Shown here piece by piece: positions 56,074-64,000 of a DNA stretch of 64,000 bases. The DNA is from Prosthecobacter sp. Lineage in GTDB: Bacteria; Verrucomicrobiota; Verrucomicrobiia; Verrucomicrobiales; Verrucomicrobiaceae. Where the stretch lies: positions 29,358 to 93,357 of the forward strand of contig NZ_JAXMIH010000012.1 in assembly GCF_034366625.1 (NCBI RefSeq), in the 5' to 3' direction. Every line of letters begins with the position of its first letter. Position 1 is the first letter of the stretch. The notes beneath the pieces are model-generated. The model was not told the origin of the DNA. It was given only the letters and a program-made list of their open reading frames with translations, and did not search any database. The position numbers were made by a program, and so were the translations under genes.

Positions 56074-56886
56074 TCACACGACCAAGTGCCACAACCAGCC
56101 CACCACACCCGAGGCCACCGACCACCAGCAGCGTGCCACCTCCGCGATGCCAAGTCCTGGCGATGGCGATGCGGCGAGAAACAGAGCGATGAGCAGGAAG
56201 GCGTTGATGAGGAAAATGAGCATCATCGAGAAGAACTCGCCGTTGCGTTTGAGGTCCCCCTGCTCGGCGAGCACCGTTTTGACCGTGTAGGTAGCGTGAA
56301 AAAACCACGTCAGGCCGACCAAGGCGTAAAGAAAACGTGTCGGCTTCAGATGCACCGTCCATTTCCAGAGCGAGACCGCGTGCGCTTCCTGCATGTCCAG
56401 CGCCAGCCCGGCGATGCCGAAGACAATCATGATGATGAGCGTGTAGAATGGGATCAAATAAGGGGCCAGCGTGATCCAGGTGTTCGACTTGTCCGTCTCG
56501 ACGTAACCACCCGCCGCGCTGACTTTCCAGTCGAAGATGCGTCCGCCAAACATACGAGCGGTGACGAGATGGCTGAACTCATGGCCAAAAACGTAGGCCG
56601 TCACCGGTCGCAGGCCGGCCAGATAGGCCAGACCCCACAAAACCCCGCCGAAGGTGAAAAAGACAAATTCCTCGGACTTCAGGAAACCCATGCGCGTCAC
56701 CGCACGCCAGAGCATCAGGATCAGGGTGATCGCCGTCACCAGACAGGCCGGAGCCAGCAATGCGCCACCGATCCAACGCTTCGTGAGAAGGAGGAAACGG
56801 TCCCGATGCACGTCACGCCGGTTGTTGATGCCGGCAGGGCGATTGCGGGTCTCATGGAGGTGTCGGCGCAGGTTTGCGGTGGACAT
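56074..56886 (-). CDS. Peptidase M50B-like membrane metalloprotease
   Basis: HEFSH (HExxH) after a TM segment, GGYV, ITLAPY, several TM helices. Confidence 0.72.
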   Translation of the reverse strand: MSTANLRRHLHETRNRPAGINNRRDVHRDRFLLLTKRWIGGALLAPACLVTAITLILMLWRAVTRMGFLKSEEFVFFTFGGVLWGLAYLAGLRPVTAYVFGHEFSHLVTARMFGGRIFDWKVSAAGGYVETDKSNTWITLAPYLIPFYTLIIMIVFGIAGLALDMQEAHAVSLWKWTVHLKPTRFLYALVGLTWFFHATYTVKTVLAEQGDLKRNGEFFSMMLIFLINAFLLIALFLAASPSPGLGIAEVARCWWSVASGVVGWLWHLVV

Positions 56887-56965
56887 GGGAATACTGAGTT
56901 ATTTAACCTTTGTTAAACATCTTCACAATCCAAAATGTGAATATGTGAACAAGTCGCCCCCGATC

Positions 56966-57220
56966 TCAGCCTTTGAAGGCCCACCAGACCATCAGCGTCA
57001 CAGTCAAAATCACGACCACAAACCCTATCGCAATGCAGAACCAAGATTCAGGATCAGGCTTGCTTCGACCCAAGGTAACGATGCGCTCTGTCCAGGCTCC
57101 AATCCAGCCAAGAAAATCCACAAAGGCGCTCTCCAGCAATCCCTCGGCCAAACCTCCAATAAGCTCCACAAGGAACTTCAACAAGACAGCCAGACATCCA
57201 ACGCCTTCATTCAGCGGCAT
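56966..57220 (-). CDS. Small hypothetical membrane protein (84 aa)
   Basis: Acidic amphipathic N-terminus and a C-terminal TM helix; fills the gap between co-oriented genes. Confidence 0.5.
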   Translation of the reverse strand: MPLNEGVGCLAVLLKFLVELIGGLAEGLLESAFVDFLGWIGAWTERIVTLGRSKPDPESWFCIAIGFVVVILTVTLMVWWAFKG

Positions 57221-57241
57221 AAAAGTCCTCCCAGCGTGTGT

Positions 57242-57586
57242 TCATTTGCGAAACATGAAGTACACCGCCCCGCACATGCAGAGAGCGGCCCAGAGATAGT
57301 CCCACTTCAGCGGCTGCTTCATATAGAACAGCACGAACGGCACGAAAACCATCAGCGTGATGACCTCCTGAATGATCTTGAGCTGAGGCAGGCTTAGCGC
57401 CGTGCTGCCGATGCGGTTGGCAGGCACTTGCAGCATGTATTCAAAGAAGGCGATGCCCCAACTGATGAAAGCGGCGATAAACCACGGCTTCGCCTTCATG
57501 TCCTTCAGATGCGCATACCACGCGAAGGTCATGAAAACGTTCGACGCCACCAGCAGTCCGACAGCTTTGATCACAGGCCAGTTCAT
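57242..57586 (-). CDS. DMT family small membrane protein (DUF486-like)
   Basis: SNVFMTFAWYAHLK, SWGIAFFEY.LQVPANRIG, QLKIIQEVITL. Confidence 0.9.
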   Translation of the reverse strand: MNWPVIKAVGLLVASNVFMTFAWYAHLKDMKAKPWFIAAFISWGIAFFEYMLQVPANRIGSTALSLPQLKIIQEVITLMVFVPFVLFYMKQPLKWDYLWAALCMCGAVYFMFRK

Positions 57587-57605
57587 GGGTGAATGAGAGA
57601 GGTTT

Positions 57606-58517
57606 TCACACGCCACCCGCCAGGGCCGAGCCACGAACTAGCAGGTCGAGGAAGCGCTCCTCGAAGGCTTCATCGCTGGTCACCTGGAGGAAATCAATGC
57701 GATGGCTGGCACACTCGCGGGAGAGGTTTTCGGCGAAGGCGTCGAAGGTTTCGACATAGCGCTGCACATCTTTGCGGGTGAGCCAGAACCGGCGGCGTTC
57801 ACCGGTTTCGACCTCGGTGAGTTCGAGTTCGCCCTCCAACTCAGGCTGGCGCTCCTCAGGATGGACGATCTGGAGGAAATGATTCTCCCCGGGCCAGGCA
57901 GAAACGCGGGCAACCGCCTCGGTGGCACTGCCGATTTCGTGACCGAAAAAGTCGCTGATGACGAAGATGATGCCGTAGCGCTGCTTGCTGGGCCTGAACT
58001 CTTCAAAGCAGCGCTTCATGTTCGTCAGACCGTCGAACTTCAGTTTCGTCACCGCCTGGATGACCTTCTCGATGTTCCCCTGCCCGCGCAGCGGCGGCAG
58101 TTCTTGATGCACCGTGTCACTCATCGAGTAAACGCTCACCCGCTGCTGGGCGCTGAGGGCCAGATAAGCCAGCGCCACAGCGAAGCGGAGCGCCTGCCGC
58201 CGCTTCTCAGGAAAGGGCTGCGACATCGAGGTGCTGGTATCGAGCAGGATGTGCAGGTTCAGCTCCTGTGTTTCCTCGTAAAGACGCACGAAGAGCTTGT
58301 TGAGCCGCGCATAGAGGCGCCAGTCGATGGCGCGATAGTCTTCACGCGGCGTGTAGTGGCGGTAGTCCTTGAACTCACGCGTGAAGCCCGTCGCCGGAGT
58401 CGATTGTGACCCACGCCTCATCAACTGCCGTCGTTTGCGCAAGCGCAACGCCAGAACGCGCAGCCGGTCCAGAAAGGCGGCGTCGAAAAGGTCTTCGCGT
58501 TCGAGGGTTTCGGGCAT
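57606..58517 (-). CDS. DUF58 domain protein
   Basis: EFKDYRHYTPREDYRAIDW, LLDTSTSM, FVISDFF. Follows moxR. Confidence 0.92.
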   Translation of the reverse strand: MPETLEREDLFDAAFLDRLRVLALRLRKRRQLMRRGSQSTPATGFTREFKDYRHYTPREDYRAIDWRLYARLNKLFVRLYEETQELNLHILLDTSTSMSQPFPEKRRQALRFAVALAYLALSAQQRVSVYSMSDTVHQELPPLRGQGNIEKVIQAVTKLKFDGLTNMKRCFEEFRPSKQRYGIIFVISDFFGHEIGSATEAVARVSAWPGENHFLQIVHPEERQPELEGELELTEVETGERRRFWLTRKDVQRYVETFDAFAENLSRECASHRIDFLQVTSDEAFEERFLDLLVRGSALAGGV

Positions 58518-58537
58518 TCGAGCGGATGGCACCAAGG

Positions 58538-59527
58538 TTACGCGGCCTGCTGCGCTGGCGTTTTGACCTGATCGAGCAGCTTGGTGATGATGTCGTCCAC
58601 TTTGATCTGCCCGGCCTCGCCTTCGAAGTTCAGGATGATGCGATGGCGCAGCGAAACGTGGGCGATGGCGCGGATGTCGTCGGTGGAGACGGCGGTGGCT
58701 CCTTGGATGGCGGCCCAGACACGGGCACCGCGAATGAGGGCCTGCAAACCACGCGGGCTGGCTCCGTAACTGACGTAACGTTTCACGTCAGGCAAGGCAT
58801 CGGGCTGTTCGGGATGACTGCTGAGGATAAGGCGTGAGGCGTAGTGCGCGACGGGATCAGCGACGGGCATCTGTGAGAGCTTCTGCTGCAGTTCCATCAA
58901 CTGCGGGCCGTTGGTCATGTTCGCGAGCTTCGGCTCGGTGAAACCGGTGGTGCGGCGGGAGATTTCGACGAGCGAGTCGAGATCGGGAAACGGCACCTTG
59001 ATCTTGAACATGAAACGGTCGAGTTGCGCCTCTGGCAGCGGATAGGTGCCCTCCATTTCCATCGGGTTCTGTGTGGCGAGCACTAAAAAAGGTTCCGGCA
59101 CGAGGTGCCGCTCGCCACCAGTCGTCACGCAGCGTTCCTGCATGACTTCGAGCAGCGCGGCCTGCGTTTTCGGTGTGGCGCGGTTGATTTCATCGACCAG
59201 CAGCAGGTTCTTGAACACAGGGCCTTTTTCATAGCGCAGCGTGCGGTGGCCTTTTTCGTCTTCACCGACGATGTGCGTGCCAAGAATGTCCGCAGGCATC
59301 AAATCCGGTGTGCATTGCACCCGGCCCGGCTCCAAACCCACAACCTGCGACAGCGTGCGCACGAGGTAGGTTTTGCCGAGACCTGGAACGCCTTCGAGCA
59401 GCACATGCCCGCCAGAGAAAATGGCCACCAGCACGTCGCTGAGCAGTTCATCGTAACCGACGATGGCTTTTTGCATCTCGGCCTTGAGGTCAGTGAACAG
59501 GGTGCGGAATACGGCGTGGTCGGGCAT
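58538..59527 (-). CDS. MoxR family AAA+ ATPase
   Basis: LLEGVPGLGKT, QCTPDLMPADI, LLVDEINRATPKTQAALL, ATQNPMEMEGTYPLPEAQLDRF, GASPR. Confidence 0.96.
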   Translation of the reverse strand: MPDHAVFRTLFTDLKAEMQKAIVGYDELLSDVLVAIFSGGHVLLEGVPGLGKTYLVRTLSQVVGLEPGRVQCTPDLMPADILGTHIVGEDEKGHRTLRYEKGPVFKNLLLVDEINRATPKTQAALLEVMQERCVTTGGERHLVPEPFLVLATQNPMEMEGTYPLPEAQLDRFMFKIKVPFPDLDSLVEISRRTTGFTEPKLANMTNGPQLMELQQKLSQMPVADPVAHYASRLILSSHPEQPDALPDVKRYVSYGASPRGLQALIRGARVWAAIQGATAVSTDDIRAIAHVSLRHRIILNFEGEAGQIKVDDIITKLLDQVKTPAQQAA

Positions 59528-59567
59528 GGCGCGATTCTCGCCAGCGGCTCGCTTTGCGCAAGGCTCG

Positions 59568-62147
59568 TTAGTCCATCTGGACCAGAATCTCACGTGGCTT
59601 CGCACCTTCACCAGGGCCGATGATGCCGCGGTCTTCGAGGAGGTCGATCATGCGGGCGGCGCGACCGTAGCCGAGGCGCAGACGGCGCTGCAGCAGGCTG
59701 GTGCTGGCTTTTTTCTCCTGACGGATGACTTCGAGGCATTTCTCCAAACATTCCTGTTCTTCGGCGCTGACACCATCTTCATCACCTTCCTCATCGCCAA
59801 ACGCACCGCTTTCGTCATCGACTTTGACATCGAAAACCGGTTTGCCCTGCGCGACGCAGTGGCTCACGAGCGCGTGAATTTCATCGTCGGTGACGAGTGC
59901 ACCCTGGCTGCGCACCGGCTGCGCACCGCCGGGCGGGACGTAAAGCATGTCCCCTTTGCCAACGAGGTTCTCCGCGCCTTTGCGGTCGAGGATGACGCGG
60001 CTGTCGAGCGCGGAAGAGACCTGGAAGGCGATGCGGGTGGGAATGTTGGCCTTGATGACACCGGTGATGACATCCGCGCGCGGCGTCTGTGTGGCGACGA
60101 TGAGATGAATGCCTGCCGCACGCGCCATCTGCGTGATGCGCGCAATGGCGACTTCGATGTCCGCTGGCGCGGTCTGCATCAAATCAGCCAGCTCATCGAC
60201 GATGACGACGATGTAGGGCATCGTGTCGGGAATAATGACCTCCTGCTTGCGTGGCGGTGGCGGCTGGGAATCGCCAAGCCAGGTGCCGCTTGCATCGCGC
60301 ATCTCAGTATCGCCGTCCACGGTGCCGACTTGGGCCGTTTTCGGAGCGGCGGCTTCTTCAGCAAAGGCAGCGGAGACGCGGGCATCATCGACACCGGCTT
60401 TGATCGGTGGTGTTCCAGCAGCGTTGCGCGCGGCACGGGCAGCATCTGCCTCAGCCTTGCGCTTGCGATTGCGGTTGTTGAAGGCTTCAAAGTTGCGGCA
60501 GCCTTCCTGCGCGAAGATTTGATAGCGGTTCTCCATCTCCTTCACCACCCAGCGCAGCGCGAGAAGGGCTTTCTTCGGATCAGTCACGACAGGCAGGGCA
60601 AGGTGTGGCAGCTCCTCGTAGTTCTGCATTTCCACGACCTTTGGATCGATCATAATGAAGCGCAGCTCATCGGGAGCAAAACGGCACAACAAACTGGTGA
60701 TGATGCTGTTGATGCAGACCGATTTACCGGAGCCAGTTGCACCCGCGACGAGCAGGTGCGGCATCGCCGCGAGGTCGCCGATAATCGTCTTGCCATACAC
60801 GTCCTTGCCGAGAGCGACGGGAAGCTTGGACTTGCCGTTGACGAAGACATCGTCCTCCAGCAACTCGCGCAACGGCACGATGATCTTCTCCTTGTTAGCG
60901 AGTTCGATGCCCACCGTGTCTTTGCCGGGAATCGGAGCGAGGATGTTGATGCGCTCGGCTCGTGTCGCGCGGGCGATGTCGGCGTCAAGATTCGCGATGC
61001 GGCTCACGCGCAGGCCATCGACGGGGCGCACCTCGTAGCGTGTGATCGCAGGGCCGCGGGTGATGTCGCCGGGTTCGACACTGATGCCGAAACTGGCCAA
61101 CGCTTTGACGATGGTCGCCTGGATGCCGAGCAGTTCGGATTTGTCCGTCGGCGCACGGTTGCTTTCATCCGCCCACTGAAGGAGGTCCATCGGCGGCAGT
61201 TTGTAGTCCTTGAAGCGCACGGTGAGATTGCCCAGCGAGCCATGCGGAGCCTGTTCCATCTTCTGCGCGCGCTTTTTCTCCCACACTTCGGCCAGCTTCG
61301 GCTTGTCCGCGTTGTCTTCGTGCGAGCGCGGAATCGAGGAGTCGATGATCTTCGGTGCTGGCGGGTCAAATTTGAGCGGCAGTTCCATGGTGGTTGCCAC
61401 CGGCGTGTCGCCACGCAGCTCAGCGCCTTTTTTCTTCCGGCGGAGTTCGGTCGGCACAGGCGTCAGCGTGCCGGGAATCGTGTTCGCCGCTTCTTCCGCG
61501 AGTTTTTCCTCGATCAGTCGCTGGGCTTCACGTTCGGTCTTCCAGCGGGTCAGCTCAGTACGAATGCCACGGATCGCATTCAACGGATGCTGACCGGTGA
61601 CCAAAAACAGTCCAATCATGTAAACGACTCCGAGCAACAGCGTCGCTCCCACTTTGCCGAGCAGATTCTTCAAAAGGCTGCCGCCAATCACAAAACCGAG
61701 GCCGCCCGAACCTCCCAGCGGCGTGAAATGGTCCCGTTCGCTCAGCAAGTTCTGCACCTCCAGCAACGCCGCACCACTGATGATCATGACGGCCACACCG
61801 AGCCACGCCGACCGCGTGATTTTCATCTTCGAGTGCAGTTTGCACACGCCAAACCACGTCATGCTGAACGGCAGCAGGTAAGCCGCGAAACCCATCAACC
61901 ACAGCATGTGCCCCGCCACCAGCGCCCCCATGCGGCCCACGAAATTGTGCGTCACTTCACCTGAAGCCTCCGACAACGCCAGGAACGACCACGACGGCAT
62001 GTCCCGCGGGTCATATGACACCAGCGCCAGCAGCAGCATGGCCGCCACCATCAAGAGCAGGATGCCGAAGGCATCATTCCACGGACTTTCCTTCTCGTCC
62101 GTAGATCGGGCGCGAGGAGGGCGGGCGGCAGCAGCGACACGGCTCAT
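59568..62147 (-). CDS. ftsK: DNA translocase FtsK
   Basis: 4-TM N-terminus, PHLLVAGATGSGKS, IDPK.VE, DELADLM, GIHLIVATQ.P, GAENLVGKGDML, gamma domain STSLLQRRLRLGYGRAAR. Confidence 0.97.
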   Translation of the reverse strand: MSRVAAAARPPRARSTDEKESPWNDAFGILLLMVAAMLLLALVSYDPRDMPSWSFLALSEASGEVTHNFVGRMGALVAGHMLWLMGFAAYLLPFSMTWFGVCKLHSKMKITRSAWLGVAVMIISGAALLEVQNLLSERDHFTPLGGSGGLGFVIGGSLLKNLLGKVGATLLLGVVYMIGLFLVTGQHPLNAIRGIRTELTRWKTEREAQRLIEEKLAEEAANTIPGTLTPVPTELRRKKKGAELRGDTPVATTMELPLKFDPPAPKIIDSSIPRSHEDNADKPKLAEVWEKKRAQKMEQAPHGSLGNLTVRFKDYKLPPMDLLQWADESNRAPTDKSELLGIQATIVKALASFGISVEPGDITRGPAITRYEVRPVDGLRVSRIANLDADIARATRAERINILAPIPGKDTVGIELANKEKIIVPLRELLEDDVFVNGKSKLPVALGKDVYGKTIIGDLAAMPHLLVAGATGSGKSVCINSIITSLLCRFAPDELRFIMIDPKVVEMQNYEELPHLALPVVTDPKKALLALRWVVKEMENRYQIFAQEGCRNFEAFNNRNRKRKAEADAARAARNAAGTPPIKAGVDDARVSAAFAEEAAAPKTAQVGTVDGDTEMRDASGTWLGDSQPPPPRKQEVIIPDTMPYIVVIVDELADLMQTAPADIEVAIARITQMARAAGIHLIVATQTPRADVITGVIKANIPTRIAFQVSSALDSRVILDRKGAENLVGKGDMLYVPPGGAQPVRSQGALVTDDEIHALVSHCVAQGKPVFDVKVDDESGAFGDEEGDEDGVSAEEQECLEKCLEVIRQEKKASTSLLQRRLRLGYGRAARMIDLLEDRGIIGPGEGAKPREILVQMD

Positions 62148-62306
62148 GGCAAGAATCATGGGATTCTGGCAGACGAAATTATTTAAGGCTACCAAAATAT
62201 TTACCTTGCCTCACTTTTGTGAATCGGCTTCGATCCGGTCGGGGATGCAACTTGACCGCGAAATTCCCGCGAACATCTTCATCAGCCCCCAAGTCACACC
62301 ACACCC

Positions 62307-62741
62307 ATGAAAAACACACTCGCCCTCACCCTCGCCGCCGTGCTTGCTCTCGGCGCATCCATCACCTCCAGTACCAGCGCCCAGGACGCCGGCAAAGTGG
62401 ACTTTGAAAAACAGATCCTTCCCATCCTGAAGGAAAGCTGCTTCAAGTGCCACGAGAAGGAGCACGAAGACAACGGCAAGATCAAGAAACCCAAGGGCGG
62501 CCTGCGTCTCGATGGCGCCACAGCTATCACGAAGGGCGGCAAAGAATATCCAAATGAAACTGTCGTCACCGGCAAGCCCGATGCGAGCTGGCTCGTGAAG
62601 AGCATCATCCTGCCAGACACCGACGACCTCGCCATGCCTCCTGAAGGCAAAGGAGATCGCATCAGCGCCGCGAATGTGGACCTGATCAAGAAGTGGATCA
62701 CCGAAGGCGCCAGCTTCGGAGCCTGGAAAGGCGTCGAGTAA
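62307..62741 (+). CDS. Small secreted planctomycete-type cytochrome c domain protein
   Basis: Signal peptide, VDFEKQILPIL, CFKCH, KGGLRLD, MPP, WITEGA. Confidence 0.88.
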   Translation: MKNTLALTLAAVLALGASITSSTSAQDAGKVDFEKQILPILKESCFKCHEKEHEDNGKIKKPKGGLRLDGATAITKGGKEYPNETVVTGKPDASWLVKSIILPDTDDLAMPPEGKGDRISAANVDLIKKWITEGASFGAWKGVE

Positions 62742-62764
62742 TTTTCAGCACCACATCTCACCAC

Positions 62765-62798
62765 GGAGGGCGGAGCCACGGCTCCGCCTTTCTTTTTT
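62765..62798 (+). terminator. Intrinsic terminator (GGAG-tagged REP-like hairpin)
   Basis: GGAGG-GCGGAGC-CACG-GCTCCGC-CTTTCTTTTTT. Confidence 0.72.
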
Positions 62799-62805
62799 CA
62801 CCTTC

Positions 62806-63846
62806 ATGAACACTCCCTTTCGCTTCACCACCTGCCGCGCCGGATCTGAATCCACGCTCAAGCGTGACATCGCCACGCACTTTGCCGGTGAACTCACGCC
62901 TGCGTTCATGAAACCGCAGTTCATCACCTGGAAGGTGCGCAGTCCAGGCTTCAGCCCGCCACGGACACTCAGCACCTTCGCCCGCGTCAGCGGCATCTCG
63001 CTCGGACTTTGCAAAACGATCGCCGAACTTGTCGATCACGCCCGCAAACTCACCACCAAGCCGATTCGTCTTCACGTCTTTCCACGAGTCACTCCTGAAG
63101 ACGGCATCGAAGCTGCTCAATGGCAGCGCATCGACGCCCTCGAAGCCGAAATCACCCGCGCCCTCCTTCAGTCCGGCGTCCAACTCGAAACCCGGCTGCC
63201 TTATGTTGCTGGCGATTTGGTTCTCGATGTCATCGTCGGTGAGACTGATGCCGAACCGCTCTTCCTCGGCCATCATGAGCATCAAGCCAGTTCTCACACC
63301 CAACCCGGCGGCCTGCCACGCATCGCCTTGCCCGGCGACGTGCCCTCGCGTGCCTGGCTCAAGCTCGAACAAGCCCTCGCCTGGCGTGGCTGGGATCAAC
63401 TCGATCTGCGCGGCCAAACCGCCCTCGACCTCGGCTGCGCCCCAGGGGGAGCCACCTATGCGCTCCTGCAACGCGGGATGAACGTCCTCGGCGTCGATAC
63501 AGGCGAGATGGACCCAAGCGTTCTCCAACTGGCCAAAACTCAAGGTGTCAGATTCGATCATTGGCGCACCGCAGCGGGCCGAATCAACCTCACCGCCCTG
63601 CCCCAGGAAGTCGCTTTGCTGCTCAGCGACATCAACCTCGCTCCGCCTCTGGTGCTGCCGCAGATCGCACGCATTCAAGAGGGAATTCAGGCACGCCGGC
63701 TCATCCTCACGATCAAACTCAACACGCCCGCCCTCGAAGATCGTGCGCACGAGTTCATCGACGCCATTCGCGATTGGGCTCCCGCCCCCGTCTTTGCCAC
63801 GCAACTCGCGGCGAACCGCCGGGAAATCTGTGTGTGTGCCGGTTAA
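62806..63846 (+). CDS. RlmM/FtsJ-like SAM-dependent RNA methyltransferase
   Basis: PSRAWLKLEQA, ALDLGCAPGG, VLGVD, LLSDI, TIKL, REI; resembles the 23S rRNA C2498 2'-O-methyltransferase family. Confidence 0.78.
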   Translation: MNTPFRFTTCRAGSESTLKRDIATHFAGELTPAFMKPQFITWKVRSPGFSPPRTLSTFARVSGISLGLCKTIAELVDHARKLTTKPIRLHVFPRVTPEDGIEAAQWQRIDALEAEITRALLQSGVQLETRLPYVAGDLVLDVIVGETDAEPLFLGHHEHQASSHTQPGGLPRIALPGDVPSRAWLKLEQALAWRGWDQLDLRGQTALDLGCAPGGATYALLQRGMNVLGVDTGEMDPSVLQLAKTQGVRFDHWRTAAGRINLTALPQEVALLLSDINLAPPLVLPQIARIQEGIQARRLILTIKLNTPALEDRAHEFIDAIRDWAPAPVFATQLAANRREICVCAG

Positions 63847-63958
63847 AACCGGTCGCCGCTCCATTCCCGCATGCAAGCAATGGATGGTCTTTTGCACCTT
63901 TGCAGGAGAGGGCAGAAAGCTGCGCTTGCCCGTTGTCTCCGGCTCGATTTCATCCCGC

Positions 63959-64000
63959 ATGGCCGCCAATGAATTCCGCGACACCCCCGGTCGGCTGCTG
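63959..64000 (+). CDS. Possible 5' end of a gene running off the window (MAANEFRDTPGRLL)
   Basis: Open frame from ATG to the window end; too short to assign. Confidence 0.3.
   Translation, partial: MAANEFRDTPGRLL

Noticed and set aside
1-64000. CRISPR array, cas genes, integrase, transposase, reverse transcriptase, rRNA
   Set aside because: No regularly spaced repeat-spacer units and no ORF with the relevant catalytic motifs were seen by eye.

Overview
Chromosomal window from a GC-rich bacterium, most likely Verrucomicrobiota (Prosthecobacter/Verrucomicrobiaceae-like). This is inferred from PVC-typical families (DUF1549/DUF1553 cytochrome, DUF1501, PVC-type heme-binding protein, sulfatases), not from a marker gene. 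Core genes: fabD, glxK, nusA-infB-rbfA-(insert)-nrnA-truB, trmD, sucC, malQ, nadA, xseA, ftsK, moxR-DUF58, a GldA/F/G-like ABC system, tRNA-Ser(GCT) and tRNA-Val(GAC). The best candidate for an undescribed system is an AT-richer accessory block at about 4.4-10.5 kb. It encodes a LuxI/FeeM-fold N-acyl synthase, two paralogous PaaK/CapK-like adenylate-forming ligases, a third free-standing ligase C-terminal domain reachable by a +1 shift at CCC-C, a SAM methyltransferase and a GT4 glycosyltransferase. A 6-TM sensor kinase and response regulator lie about 3 kb away. Other oddities: an antisense membrane hydrolase gene splitting rbfA from nrnA; a REP doublet inserted in frame, plus an ~0.8 kb codon-atypical segment, inside a large heme protein; a Fic gene whose C-terminus is encoded antisense to tRNA-Val; and an adjacent ~130-nt candidate structured RNA. 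No CRISPR array, integrase or transposase was seen. All calls come from reading motifs by eye; no database searches were run. Several starts were moved downstream of the ORF-track starts.
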